From Candidatus Nanopelagicales bacterium (GTDB lineage Bacteria > Actinomycetota > Actinomycetes > S36-B12 > UBA5976): a DNA stretch of 52,339 nt. The translations under genes and the position numbers were made by a program. The notes beneath the pieces are model-generated. The model ran no database searches, was not told where the DNA came from, and saw nothing but the letters and a program-made list of their open reading frames with translations. The DNA lies in NCBI GenBank assembly GCA_023260395.1, contig JALQVI010000004.1, positions 1 through 52,339 of the forward strand, read 5' to 3'. Within the stretch, counting starts at the first letter, position 1, and each line of letters opens with the position of its first letter. Positions 12,710 through 23,146 of the stretch are shown piece after piece.

Positions 12710-14774
12710 GTCCGGCCTCTGTCATTTGGCGTAATTCACGCTTCAACTCTCCAACTTCATCTCGAAGGCGAGCCGCTAACTCAAATTGTAATTCACTAGC
12801 CGCTGTATGCATTTGCTCAGAAAGTTGGTCGATGAGGTCGGCCAAGTCTTTTGCAGGAATGCTTCGCAAACTTTCTCGAGCAGATTCTGGCACGCCCTTG
12901 CCACGAACGTTGTTCAAGAACTCCTCTGTGTCAGCATCTTCCTTTGAGATGAGATCAGTAATGTCTGCAATCTTCTTGCGCAGCGGAGTTGGGTCAATTC
13001 CATGTGCAGTGTTGTAGGCAATTTGCTTTGCTCGGCGACGATTAGTCTCATCAATCGCCACGCGCATCGAATCCGTAATTTTATCGGCGTACATGTGCAC
13101 CTGGCCCGAAACATTTCGAGCCGCTCGCCCAATAGTTTGAATCAGGCTTCGCTCACTACGAAGAAATCCTTCTTTGTCTGCATCCAGGATTGCTACCAAA
13201 GAAACCTCCGGAAGGTCCAAACCTTCACGCAGCAAGTTAATACCAATGAGGACGTCGTACTCGCCTAAGCGAAGCTCGCGAAGCAGCTCAACGCGACGCA
13301 AAGTATCCACTTCCGAATGCAAGTAACGCACACGAATACCTTGTTCCAGCAGGTAGTCCGTTAAATCCTCAGACATCTTTTTCGTCAACGTCGTTACCAG
13401 AACGCGCTCATTAGCAGCTGTACGCAAACGAATCTCGTGAATTAAATCGTCGATTTGTCCTTGGCTAGGTTTCACAACGATTTCTGGATCAAGCAGCCCA
13501 GTAGGTCGAATCACTTGCTCGACGACATCACCGCCGACTTTCTCTAATTCGTATTTTCCAGGAGTAGCCGATAGGTAAACCGTTTGACCGATTCGCTCTA
13601 AGAATTCGTCCCATTTCAATGGGCGGTTATCCATGGCGCTAGGTAATCGAAAGCCGTGTTCCACCAACGTTCGCTTTCGAGAGGCGTCACCTTCATACAT
13701 AGCGCCAATCTGCGACACAGTCACGTGACTTTCGTCAATCACGAGCAAGAAATCTTCAGGGAAATAGTCGAGCAGACAGTTCGGCGCCGAACCTGCTTCA
13801 CGGCCGTCAATGTGTCGAGAATAGTTTTCGATACCCGAGCAAAATCCAAGATTTTGCATCATCTCAATGTCGTACGCAGTACGCATTTTGATTCGTTGAG
13901 CCTCAAGCAGTTTGCCTTGACCTTCTAGTTCATCGAGACGAACGGCAAGTTCTTCTTCGATGCCCTTGATGGCTTTACTCATTCGCTCGGGACCGGCCGT
14001 GTAATGGGTGGCTGGGAAGATATAAAGTTCAGTGTCATCCGTCAAAATCTCGCCAGTAACCGGGTGCAGCGACATTAACCGATCAATGTCATCACCAAAC
14101 ATTTCGATACGCACTGGATGCTCTTCGTAAACCGGATATACCTCTACAGTGTCGCCACGAACTCGGAAAGTTCCGCGCGTGAAAGCAATATCGTTGCGCG
14201 TGTACTGAATGTCGACAAGCTGCCTCAACAACGCATCGCGACTAATAGATTGACCAACTCGCAAGCGAATCATGCGGTCAACATATTCCTGAGGAGTTCC
14301 AAGGCCGTAAATACAAGAGACCGAAGCAACAACCACGACATCACGACGAGTCAACAAACTATTGGTGGCACTGTGACGCAATCGCTCTACCTCTTCGTTG
14401 ATAGAAGAGTCTTTTTCAATGAATGTATCCGACTGAGGAATGTATGCCTCGGGTTGGTAATAGTCGTAATACGAAACAAAGTATTCGACCGCATTATTGG
14501 GCAAGAGTTCGCGGAATTCGTTCGCGAGCTGCGCCGCCAACGTCTTATTTGGCGCTAACACCAGAGTTGGACGCTGCACTTCTTCGATTAGCCAGGCAGT
14601 TGTGGCGCTCTTACCTGTACCTGTTGCACCCAACAGGACAATGTCTTGCTCCCCTGCCCTAATTCGTCGGGCTAATTCTGCAATTGCAGTTGGCTGATCA
14701 CCCGAGGGTACGTACTCACTAATAACTTCAAACGGCGCAACCTTGCGCTGCAAATCAGTTATCGGCCGGACCAT
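12702..14774 (-). CDS. uvrB: Excinuclease ABC subunit B
   Basis: [38 protein letters not shown]-terminal UVR domain. Confidence 0.99.
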   Translation of the reverse strand: MVRPITDLQRKVAPFEVISEYVPSGDQPTAIAELARRIRAGEQDIVLLGATGTGKSATTAWLIEEVQRPTLVLAPNKTLAAQLANEFRELLPNNAVEYFVSYYDYYQPEAYIPQSDTFIEKDSSINEEVERLRHSATNSLLTRRDVVVVASVSCIYGLGTPQEYVDRMIRLRVGQSISRDALLRQLVDIQYTRNDIAFTRGTFRVRGDTVEVYPVYEEHPVRIEMFGDDIDRLMSLHPVTGEILTDDTELYIFPATHYTAGPERMSKAIKGIEEELAVRLDELEGQGKLLEAQRIKMRTAYDIEMMQNLGFCSGIENYSRHIDGREAGSAPNCLLDYFPEDFLLVIDESHVTVSQIGAMYEGDASRKRTLVEHGFRLPSAMDNRPLKWDEFLERIGQTVYLSATPGKYELEKVGGDVVEQVIRPTGLLDPEIVVKPSQGQIDDLIHEIRLRTAANERVLVTTLTKKMSEDLTDYLLEQGIRVRYLHSEVDTLRRVELLRELRLGEYDVLIGINLLREGLDLPEVSLVAILDADKEGFLRSERSLIQTIGRAARNVSGQVHMYADKITDSMRVAIDETNRRRAKQIAYNTAHGIDPTPLRKKIADITDLISKEDADTEEFLNNVRGKGVPESARESLRSIPAKDLADLIDQLSEQMHTAASELQFELAARLRDEVGELKRELRQMTEAGHA

Positions 14775-14783
14775 GACTCAAGA

Positions 14784-15362
14784 CTACGCGGTGATGGCTT
14801 GCCACACCGTCTGACACTGAGCCCTCAGCTCATCGATACTTCCTGAGTTATCAATGACATAAGTAGCAACAGCAAGTCGCTCGTCATCGCTTGCTTGATG
14901 TGAAATTCGAGCCTCGGCGTCCGGACGTGCAAGTCCTCTGCGTTCAAGACGTTCCAGTCGCTCTTCGAGCGGACTATGGACAACAACGACTGCATCAAAC
15001 TGGCTTTCCATTGACTTCTCCGCCAACAAAGGGACGTCATAAATCAAGACGCTTCCTGGCGGCACCTCCGCACGAATAGCAGCGAGTCGCCTAATTACTT
15101 CAGGGTGCACTAACTGCTCTAAGGCGAGACGTAGTTCGGGATCAGCGAAAACTTTTTTAGCCAAGGCCTCACGATTGAGCACGCCATTACTGACTAGTCC
15201 TGGCCCGAATTGCTTCTCAACCTCGTCGACCAATGGCTCTCCTGTCGCCAAGACGCCGCGAGCCAATTCATCAGCGTCAACGACAACAGCGCCTAATTCA
15301 GCAAAGATACGAGCGACGGTTGATTTCCCTGAACCAATACCACCGGTGAGACCTATGTACAC
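14784..15362 (-). CDS. coaE: Dephospho-CoA kinase
   Basis: IGLTGGIGSGKST, VDAD, DVPLL; likely GTG start at 15362. Confidence 0.97.
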   Translation of the reverse strand: MYIGLTGGIGSGKSTVARIFAELGAVVVDADELARGVLATGEPLVDEVEKQFGPGLVSNGVLNREALAKKVFADPELRLALEQLVHPEVIRRLAAIRAEVPPGSVLIYDVPLLAEKSMESQFDAVVVVHSPLEERLERLERRGLARPDAEARISHQASDDERLAVATYVIDNSGSIDELRAQCQTVWQAITA

Positions 15363-15377
15363 ATGCCCAGAATAAAG

Positions 15378-15410
15378 CACGAGGCGCAGGCAAAATGCCT
15401 GCGCCTCGTG
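15378..15410 (-). terminator. Intrinsic terminator after rpsA
   Basis: Perfect 15-bp stem CACGAGGCGCAGGCA/TGCCTGCGCCTCGTG followed by CTTTATT on the - strand. Confidence 0.85.
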
Positions 15411-15424
15411 TTAAGAAATTGCGA

Positions 15425-16867
15425 TTACTTGGATTCATCCAAAGATTCGCGCAATGCCTGAAGTGCAGCGTCGTCAGCAAGAGTACCTTCGACTGGGGCG
15501 TCAGAGCTGAATGACGAAACGCCATCGGCTGCTTCGGCTTCGGCTTCTGCCTTCTTGGTTTCAGCAACAGCAGCCTTGTGAGCTTCCCACTTAGCGTGAG
15601 CTTCTGCGTACTGAGCTTCCCACTTAGCCTTCTGGTCTTCGAATCCTGGCAACCAGTCATTGGTCTCAGGGTCAAAGCCTTCTGGGTAGATGTAGTTGCC
15701 GTTTTCGTCGTACTGGTTAAGACCGTACAACGATGCATCGAAGTTATCGCCCTCTTCGACGTCCACATCGTCATTTGCCTGACGAAGTGAAAGCGAGATG
15801 CGACGACGCTCTAGATCGATGTCGATGACCTTAACGAATGTTGAGTCACCAACCTGAACAACCTGCTCTGGGATTTCTACGTGACGGCCGGAAAGTTCCG
15901 AAATGTGCACGAGGCCTTCAATGCCGTCGCTCACGCGAACGAATGCACCGAATGGTACGAGCTTGGTAACTTCACCAGGTACAACCTGACCCATTTGGTG
16001 GGTACGTGCGAAGTGCTGCCATGGATCTTCCTGCGTTGACTTGAGTGACAACGAAACGCGCTCGCGCTCGAAATCAACATCAAGAACTTCAACAGTTACT
16101 TCCTGGCCAACTTCGACAACCTTTGATGGGTGGTCAACGTGTTCCCATGACAATTCAGAAACGTGAACAAGACCGTCTACGCCACCGAGGTCAACGAATG
16201 CACCGAAGTTAACAATGCTCGAGACAACACCCTTACGGATCTGACCTTTTTCAAGTTGGTTCAAGAAGCCGTGGCGAACTGCACTCTGTGACTGTTCGAG
16301 GTAAGCACGACGGGACAGAACAACATTGTTGCGGTTCTTATCGAGTTCAATAATCTTGGCATCAATCTGCTTGCCAATGTATGGAGCCAGATCGCGCACG
16401 CGACGCATTTCAACAAGTGACGCTGGCAAGAAGCCACGAAGTCCGATGTCCATGATCAAGCCGCCCTTGACGACCTCGATGACAGTACCGGTAACGATGC
16501 CGTCTTCTTCCTTGATCTTTTCGATGGAACCCCAAGCGCGTTCGTATTGCGCACGCTTCTTGGAAAGAATTAGTCGGCCTTCTTTGTCTTCTTTCTGAAG
16601 TACAAGGGCCTCGACACGGTCGCCAACATTAACAACCTCATTTGGGTCAATGTCGTGCTTGATGCTGAGTTCGCGAGAAGGAATAATTCCTTCAGTCTTG
16701 TAACCGATGTCCAAAAGAACTTCGTCGCGGTCAACCTTTACGATGATGCCTTCGACGATATCGCCGTCATTGAAAGGTTTGATTGTTGCGTCGATTGCTT
16801 CAAGAAATTCTTGAGCTGAAGCGAAATCGTCAACTGTGATTGATTTCTTGTCAGAAGTGACAGTCAT
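15425..16867 (-). CDS. rpsA: 30S ribosomal protein S1
   Basis: Four S1 domains, actinobacterial YDENGNYIYPEGFDPETN and LADDAALQALRE tail; start set at ATG 16867. Confidence 0.99.
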   Translation of the reverse strand: MTVTSDKKSITVDDFASAQEFLEAIDATIKPFNDGDIVEGIIVKVDRDEVLLDIGYKTEGIIPSRELSIKHDIDPNEVVNVGDRVEALVLQKEDKEGRLILSKKRAQYERAWGSIEKIKEEDGIVTGTVIEVVKGGLIMDIGLRGFLPASLVEMRRVRDLAPYIGKQIDAKIIELDKNRNNVVLSRRAYLEQSQSAVRHGFLNQLEKGQIRKGVVSSIVNFGAFVDLGGVDGLVHVSELSWEHVDHPSKVVEVGQEVTVEVLDVDFERERVSLSLKSTQEDPWQHFARTHQMGQVVPGEVTKLVPFGAFVRVSDGIEGLVHISELSGRHVEIPEQVVQVGDSTFVKVIDIDLERRRISLSLRQANDDVDVEEGDNFDASLYGLNQYDENGNYIYPEGFDPETNDWLPGFEDQKAKWEAQYAEAHAKWEAHKAAVAETKKAEAEAEAADGVSSFSSDAPVEGTLADDAALQALRESLDESK

Positions 16868-17052
16868 TAAGTTATTGCCTCGATACGGATAGATGTAGAG
16901 CTGGTCGCCGAACACTTTCTTACTTGCGCAAGACCCAAGAGTTCTATGTCTAACTTTGGGCGGAATTCAACCTTTAAAGGGTATCTGGAGGCAGGAAAAT
17001 CAACAAATTCGGCAGATTTGATCAAAGCCCAAGATTTGTGACGATTTGGGCG

Positions 17053-19725
17053 TTAATGAGCGGCTTCGCTCCAGCTCTTACCAACACCGACCGAAACATC
17101 CAACGGAACGCTCATTTCAAGCGCATTTTGCATCTCGTTGGTCAAAATGGCAGTGACTTGGTCAATTTCACCCTTGGCGACTTCAACAACGAGTTCGTCG
17201 TGAACCTGTAATAACAGCCGAGATTTCACGCCAGCCTCGGTAAATGCCTTATCTACTTTAAGCATGGCAAGTTTCACGATGTCAGCAGCCGAACCCTGAA
17301 TTGGTGCATTGAGGGCCATACGCTCAGCCATATCGCGCAACTGTCGTTGCTCACTGTTCAAATCTGGCAGGTAGCGACGGCGCCCAAGCATGGATTCGGT
17401 GTATCCGGTCTTTCGAGCCTCGACGACAACATTCTTGAGGTAGTCACGAACTCCGCCGAATCGCTCGAAGTAGGTCTCCATGAGGTCCTTTGCAGCACCA
17501 TTGGAAATTCCCAACTGTGCAGCTAGACCAAATGCCGACAGACCATAAGCCAAGCCGTACGACATCGCCTTTACTTGGCGACGCATGTCCGGAGTGACTT
17601 GAGATGGTTCCACGCCAAAGATTTGAGAGCCAACCGTTGTGTGCAAATCTTCGCCGGACTCCAAGGCGGCGATGAGGCCAGCATCTCCTGACAGATGCGC
17701 CATCACGCGGAGTTCAATTTGGCTGTAGTCAGCAGTGAGCAGTGTCTCGTAGCCCTTGCCTACAACAAAAGTTTCACGAATGCGAGCGCCTTCGGCAGTG
17801 CGAATCGGTATGTTCTGCAAGTTTGGATCAGTACTCGAGAGGCGACCAGTTGCAGCAATCATCTGATTGAACGTCGTGTGCACTCGCCCATCGTCAGCAA
17901 CACACGACAAAAGACCTGTCACTGTTTGACGAAGTTTGCTCACTTCGCGGTAACGCAACAATGCGATGAGTAATTCATCATCCGGCATCTTTTCCAAAAG
18001 ACCTTGAAGGGCTTCCGCGTCAGTGGTGTAGCCCGTTTTGATTTTTTTGGTTTTTGGCAGGCCGCGTTCTTCGAAAAGCACTTCTTGAAGTTGCTTCGGT
18101 GAACCTAGGTTGAATTCATGACCGGCCGCATTATGTGCTTGCTTTACTGCTGCCTGCGCGTCCGCTTCGAAAGAATCTTCGAGACCTTTGAGTGCTTTCT
18201 CATCAACAGCAATTCCTGCAACTTCCATGCGAGCAAGAATCTCAATGAGTGGAATTTCAATATCTCTCATTAGCTCTGCGGCGCCGCGGTTTGCGAGGTC
18301 CGCAGCAAAGTGATCCGCTAAATCAAGCATCGCGCGAGCATGAACTGCCAATGCGTCGCCAGTTTCTTCGGCTTCATCAAATAATGTCTGGGCTGATTGT
18401 GCTTCTGATGATGAGTCCAAATTCTTTTTCAAATAGCGCTGCACGAGATCTGGTAACTCAAAATTGCGCGTTCCCGGCGCCACGAGGTAGGCAGCAATCG
18501 CTGTATCGATTGCGATGTTGTTGATTGTCAGCCCATTAACCAACAATGCTGTGAGCGCGCCCTTAACATCGTGAACGATCTTTGGTGAATCACTTGCAAG
18601 CCATTCGCCGAGAGAATCTTGCACATCATGAAAACGTGACCATCGAACGTCGCCATTTTGCGCGGCAAACGCAACTAACGAAATCGTGCCGGTGCCTCGA
18701 CCCCAACTTCCAGCAAATGCAATAGCAACAGGTTTACTTTGAGCCGCTAACCATTTTTTGAGCCCCACACTATCGAGCTGTATCGCCTCAACGACGAAAC
18801 TTTCGGCAATGTCTGCTTCGGCACTTTCTATCGCCGGAACTTGGCCATCAGCGCTAGGCCATACTGCAAGTAACCGCGGCCGTAGTTGATTAAATTCAAG
18901 CGCATCTAGAAGCTCATGAACTTTGCTTGTGTCGTAACTACGATGCACGTAGTCGTCAAGATTGGTTGAGATTTCGAGGTTGTCGACTAACTTGTTTAAG
19001 CGGTAGTTCCGCTCGACATCTGCAACGTGTTCACGCAAAGCCTCGCCAACTTTTCCAGAAATGGCTTCCCGGTTTGCCAAGATTTCTTCGACACCACCGA
19101 ATTGCATAATCCATTTCGCAGCCGTCTTTGGCCCAACACCTGGAATGCCTGGAAGATTGTCGCTGGTCTCGCCTACCAATGCCGCTAGGTCGCGATAACG
19201 ATTTGCCGGTACGCCGTACTTTTCCTGTACAGCCGCATCGTCCATGTGAGCTAGATCATTGATGCTCTTGCGTGGATAAAGAATTAACGTGTCATCACTA
19301 ATTAACTGGAATGAATCACGGTCACCGGTAAGGATGCGAACTGGAATGGAACTGTGATGCGCCAGCGTTGCCAAGATGTCATCGGCTTCGTAATTAGGGA
19401 CGGTAACAACGGGGATGTTGAGAGCTTCCAAAAGTTGTTTAACTAATTCGACTTGACCTTTGAATTCAGGTGGCGATGCACTACGCGTGGCTTTGTATTC
19501 TGGATACTCTTTCGTGCGAAATGTCTCTCGAGATAAATCGAACGCGACTGCGACATGTGTCGGCTGCTGCTCTTTAACGACGTTAATCATCATCGACAAG
19601 AACCCGTACACCGCATTGGTATGTTGCCCTGCCGAAGTTACAAAATTCTCAGGAGGTAGTGCATGAAAAGCACGATAGGCCAACGAATGACCGTCCAGGA
19701 TCAAGAACTTCGAATCATTAGCCAC
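17053..19725 (-). CDS. polA: DNA polymerase I
   Basis: 5'-3' exonuclease (DGHSLAYRAF, EADD, DNLPGIPGVG), motif A DYSQIELR, motif C QVHDEL. Confidence 0.99.
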   Translation of the reverse strand: MANDSKFLILDGHSLAYRAFHALPPENFVTSAGQHTNAVYGFLSMMINVVKEQQPTHVAVAFDLSRETFRTKEYPEYKATRSASPPEFKGQVELVKQLLEALNIPVVTVPNYEADDILATLAHHSSIPVRILTGDRDSFQLISDDTLILYPRKSINDLAHMDDAAVQEKYGVPANRYRDLAALVGETSDNLPGIPGVGPKTAAKWIMQFGGVEEILANREAISGKVGEALREHVADVERNYRLNKLVDNLEISTNLDDYVHRSYDTSKVHELLDALEFNQLRPRLLAVWPSADGQVPAIESAEADIAESFVVEAIQLDSVGLKKWLAAQSKPVAIAFAGSWGRGTGTISLVAFAAQNGDVRWSRFHDVQDSLGEWLASDSPKIVHDVKGALTALLVNGLTINNIAIDTAIAAYLVAPGTRNFELPDLVQRYLKKNLDSSSEAQSAQTLFDEAEETGDALAVHARAMLDLADHFAADLANRGAAELMRDIEIPLIEILARMEVAGIAVDEKALKGLEDSFEADAQAAVKQAHNAAGHEFNLGSPKQLQEVLFEERGLPKTKKIKTGYTTDAEALQGLLEKMPDDELLIALLRYREVSKLRQTVTGLLSCVADDGRVHTTFNQMIAATGRLSSTDPNLQNIPIRTAEGARIRETFVVGKGYETLLTADYSQIELRVMAHLSGDAGLIAALESGEDLHTTVGSQIFGVEPSQVTPDMRRQVKAMSYGLAYGLSAFGLAAQLGISNGAAKDLMETYFERFGGVRDYLKNVVVEARKTGYTESMLGRRRYLPDLNSEQRQLRDMAERMALNAPIQGSAADIVKLAMLKVDKAFTEAGVKSRLLLQVHDELVVEVAKGEIDQVTAILTNEMQNALEMSVPLDVSVGVGKSWSEAAH

Positions 19726-19790
19726 ATGTCGATACTAGAGTCCCAGGTCCAGAGCCTTGCGACCTGTATCGTTTTCTCGAGGAGGCCGAA

Positions 19791-20189
19791 ATGAACAACA
19801 TTGACCCATCTGTCGTGCCGATTGGCGCAATGGCCGAAAAAATGGGAATTATTCTCACTCAGGTTTCGGCGCAATCTGTAATTGGCACGATGCCAGTTGA
19901 TGGAAACACACAGCCATTTGGCCTGCTGAATGGTGGCGCATCATTAGCTTTGGCCGAGACATTGGGTTCAATCGGTGCCAACGTTCATGCTGGCAAAGGT
20001 CGCTACGCCGTTGGAATTGAAATTAATGGCACTCATCACCGCAGCGCTACATCAGGACTAGTCACTGGCACTGCCACAGCGCTAAGCCTTGGTCGCAATG
20101 TTGCGGTGTACGAAATTGTTATCACTGATGAACGCGATAAGCGGCTTTGTACCGCGCGACTTACTTGCCTACTGCGTGACGCAGAGTAG
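19791..20189 (+). CDS. PaaI/hotdog-fold thioesterase (MenI/YdiI-like)
   Basis: NTQPFGLLNGGASLALAE, VGIEINGTHHR; SD GAGGAGG; divergent from polA. Confidence 0.93.
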   Translation: MNNIDPSVVPIGAMAEKMGIILTQVSAQSVIGTMPVDGNTQPFGLLNGGASLALAETLGSIGANVHAGKGRYAVGIEINGTHHRSATSGLVTGTATALSLGRNVAVYEIVITDERDKRLCTARLTCLLRDAE

Positions 20190-20715
20190 AAGGCGAAGGC
20201 ACCTCTGAAGTACGACGACGCATTCGTGCGACAGTCACGCGGCGAGGCTGAATTGAAATCTTTCGACGCAATGATCCAGCATCAGCCACGCGAAATGTAG
20301 AGACCGGCGCAAATCCAAGTCGAGCAAAAAATCGGTTTGCTTCTCGAGACATCGGCGGGACTGATGCAACGATGGAATTGCATCCCCAGCTTTCTGCACT
20401 GGCTAATGCAGCATTCAAGATTCCCTTGGCAACACCGCGATGACGTGAAGTGCTCAGGACATGTAGTCCACTTACTTGAACACCGGGAGCTTCGGACCAC
20501 GTGCCAATGTCCGACAAGCTAATGCATGCCATTCCAACAGCTTCGGAACCATCCCAAGCTACGACGAGACGAAAACCATTTTGCGACAGCGATAACTCGA
20601 TACGAGAGATGAGAGCATCAACTGACAAGCCGAAGTTTTCAGCCTGAATTTCTTCCCAAACCGGCATGAGCGCTACAAGATCATCTTGCGCCACATCGCG
20701 CACCACAATTGCCAT
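20161..20715 (-). CDS. GNAT-family N-acetyltransferase
   Basis: LHV..RHRGVAK acetyl-CoA motif, ANRFFARLGF; 3' end overlaps the PaaI gene by 29 nt. Confidence 0.85.
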   Translation of the reverse strand: MAIVVRDVAQDDLVALMPVWEEIQAENFGLSVDALISRIELSLSQNGFRLVVAWDGSEAVGMACISLSDIGTWSEAPGVQVSGLHVLSTSRHRGVAKGILNAALASAESWGCNSIVASVPPMSREANRFFARLGFAPVSTFRVADAGSLRRKISIQPRRVTVARMRRRTSEVPSPSTLRHAVGK

Positions 20716-20781
20716 GAGTTAAGGCTAGAACGCCAGCGATTGCCGCGCTACCAGAATTCACAATTTAGATAGAGTTGCTGC

Positions 20782-21510
20782 ATGTTTATAGGCTCTGGCA
20801 CATTCATCAACATCATTTCGGTTTTTTTGGGCACTGTTGTTGGAGTCACGGTTGCACATCGACTCCCACAGCGCGTTCGTGACGTAGTTATGGATGGTCT
20901 AGGCCTCGTGACAGGCATGATTGCGGTGCTCACCACCTCAGCCATCACGAACCCGACACTCCCCCAAGTCCTTGGCAAAGGTCGCCCAGTACTCATCGTG
21001 CTTGCCAGCATTGTTCTGGGCGGAATGATTGGCTCGGCGCTTAATCTGGAATTACGTCTTGAAGCACTCGGCGACAAACTCAAATCGAAATTTGATAAAG
21101 GCGACCCAGATTCAACATTCACCGAAGGTTTTGTTGCGGCTTCTTTGCTGTTTTGTATCGGTCCAATGACTATTTTGGGTTCGATTACTGATGGACTAGG
21201 GGGCGGCAATCAAATGCTTATCCTTAAGTCGATTCTTGACTTCTTTGCCTCGTTGGGCTTTGCTGCAGCACTGGGTTGGGGCGTTGCTGCCTCCGGTTTA
21301 AGCATTTTGGTCGTGCAAGGTGGCTTTACGGTGTTTGGCTATTTCTTAGGAAACTTCATGTCAGATGTTCAAATTTTGATGCTGACCGCAACAGGTGGAC
21401 TACTGCTCGTTGGAATCTCACTTCGACTCCTCAACATCAAGCAAGTGCCGGTCGGTAACCTACTGCCGGCGCTCATCATCGCCCCAATCTTGGTAGCAAT
21501 CTTGAGTTAA
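20782..21510 (+). CDS. DUF554 (YdfK-like) membrane protein
   Basis: GTFINI, FTEGFVAASLLFCIGPMTILGSI, KSILDFF, NLLPAL. Confidence 0.92.
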   Translation: MFIGSGTFINIISVFLGTVVGVTVAHRLPQRVRDVVMDGLGLVTGMIAVLTTSAITNPTLPQVLGKGRPVLIVLASIVLGGMIGSALNLELRLEALGDKLKSKFDKGDPDSTFTEGFVAASLLFCIGPMTILGSITDGLGGGNQMLILKSILDFFASLGFAAALGWGVAASGLSILVVQGGFTVFGYFLGNFMSDVQILMLTATGGLLLVGISLRLLNIKQVPVGNLLPALIIAPILVAILS

Positions 21511-21567
21511 CTAGATACTCAAGCCTCAAGCGGCAGCATGGTTCTTGATTAAAAAGTGTCCGCACAT

Positions 21568-21607
21568 AAGAACAGCCCCAGTCCTATTTAGGGCTGGGGC
21601 TGTTCTT
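21568..21607. terminator. Bidirectional intrinsic terminator between convergent DUF554 and livF
   Basis: Stem AAGAACAGCCCCAG/CTGGGGCTGTTCTT with A/T-rich flanks. Confidence 0.85.
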
Positions 21608-21615
21608 TAATTTAA

Positions 21616-22353
21616 TTAATGACCACCAAGGTATGCGGCGGCAATTGCAGGATCATCTGCAAGTTCCTTTGCATAGCCTTCGAGCTTGAGGTGACCTGAT
21701 TCCAAAACGTATGCGTAATCTGCGATACGCAGCGCCGCAAGCGCGTTTTGTTCCACCAAAAGAATGGTTGTGCCTGATTCGCGAATCTTTTCAATTGTTT
21801 CAAAGATGACGTCAACGAGCACAGGTGCAAGACCCATTGATGGTTCGTCAAGAATGAGCAGCTTTGGCTGACCCATCATGGCGCGACCCACAGCAAGCAT
21901 CTGCTGCTCACCACCGGACATGGTGCCGGCCTTCTGGTCAATACGCTCACGAAGACGCGGGAACAAATCCAATACACGTTCGCGAGTTGCCTTGATTAGT
22001 TCCTGATCCTTTTGAAGGAAGGCACCGAGTTCAAGGTTTTCATCAACCGACATACGTGGGAAGATGCGTCGACCTTCTGGCGACTGGCAAAGACCAGCCT
22101 TTACGATTTCGTGGCCAGGCTTGCCGCTGATGGTCTCACCTTCGAAAGTGATTTGACCGCTCTTTGGCTTGAGCAAACCGCTAATCGTGCGAAGCGTTGT
22201 GGACTTACCGGCGCCATTGGAACCAATCAGAGTAACGATTTCGCCTTGGCGAACCTCAAGGTTGAGGTTCTGCACAGCGGTGATTGCACCATAAGCAACA
22301 GTCAGATCCGAAACGCTGAGCATTACGGGACTATTTGTACGTTCAGTTGACAT
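21616..22353 (-). CDS. livF: Branched-chain amino acid ABC transporter ATP-binding protein
   Basis: GSNGAGKST, PEGRRIFPRMSVDENL, MSGGEQQMLA, DEPSMGLAP; start set at ATG 22353. Confidence 0.95.
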   Translation of the reverse strand: MSTERTNSPVMLSVSDLTVAYGAITAVQNLNLEVRQGEIVTLIGSNGAGKSTTLRTISGLLKPKSGQITFEGETISGKPGHEIVKAGLCQSPEGRRIFPRMSVDENLELGAFLQKDQELIKATRERVLDLFPRLRERIDQKAGTMSGGEQQMLAVGRAMMGQPKLLILDEPSMGLAPVLVDVIFETIEKIRESGTTILLVEQNALAALRIADYAYVLESGHLKLEGYAKELADDPAIAAAYLGGH

Positions 22354-23146
22354 TCTGGCTCGCTTCCGATCCGCTCTTGCCGAGGTAAGCCTCGATAACA
22401 CGTGGATTGTTCTTGATTTCAGAAGGTGTTCCTTCTGCAATCTTTTGACCCTGGTCCAAAACGGTGATTCGTTCTGAAACCTGCATGACCACGCTCATGT
22501 CGTGTTCGATGAGCAGAACGCTAACTCCGCGTTCGCTACGAAGGCGACGCACGAACTCTACGAATGCAGCAGATTCATTTGGATTCATACCGGCGGTTGG
22601 CTCATCCAAGAGCACAACCTTTGGACGCAATGCAAGCGCGCGAGCAACTTCGAGACGACGCTGATCGCCGTATGAAAGGTTGCGAGCGTACTCGTGGGTG
22701 GTCTTTCCAATACCCACGAAGTCAAGAAGTTCTTGAGCGAACTCTTTTGCTTCTGCCTCTTCACGCTTTTGCTTCTTGGTGCGGAAAGTGGTTGACCATA
22801 CGCCAGCACTCATCTTGGAATGCATTGCCACCATGACATTTTCCTGTGCGGTCATCATGCCGAACAAGCGAATGTTCTGGAAGGTACGTGCAAGTCCACC
22901 AGAGGCGATCTTGTGTGGTGCCCGACCGGTGATGTATTCACCATCGAAAATCACATCTCCACTTGTTGGCTGGTAAAGACCAGTCAGCACGTTGAAGAAC
23001 GTTGTCTTTCCTGCGCCGTTAGGTCCGATCAAACTAACGATCGATCCTTCCGGAATGGTGAAAGAAACATCATTCACAGCGACGAGGCCGCCGAACACAA
23101 CGGAGATGTTCTGTGCGTCAAGCACCGGATTGTTAGTTGTGCTCAT
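22343..23146 (-). CDS. livG: Branched-chain amino acid ABC transporter ATP-binding protein
   Basis: GPNGAGKTT, ARTFQNIRLF, LSYGDQRRLE, DEPTAGMN, VIEAYLG; start set at ATG 23146. Confidence 0.95.
   Translation of the reverse strand: MSTTNNPVLDAQNISVVFGGLVAVNDVSFTIPEGSIVSLIGPNGAGKTTFFNVLTGLYQPTSGDVIFDGEYITGRAPHKIASGGLARTFQNIRLFGMMTAQENVMVAMHSKMSAGVWSTTFRTKKQKREEAEAKEFAQELLDFVGIGKTTHEYARNLSYGDQRRLEVARALALRPKVVLLDEPTAGMNPNESAAFVEFVRRLRSERGVSVLLIEHDMSVVMQVSERITVLDQGQKIAEGTPSEIKNNPRVIEAYLGKSGSEASQNVN

Noticed and set aside
10657-14820. PafBC (TGTCGG-N10-TA) or LexA boxes upstream of uvrA/uvrB
   Set aside because: Only partial matches (e.g. TGTCAG near 14811-14816) with wrong spacing to a TANNNT box
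18200-18780. PolA 3'-5' exonuclease domain lacks catalytic acidic motifs
   Set aside because: Normal for many actinobacterial Pol I enzymes
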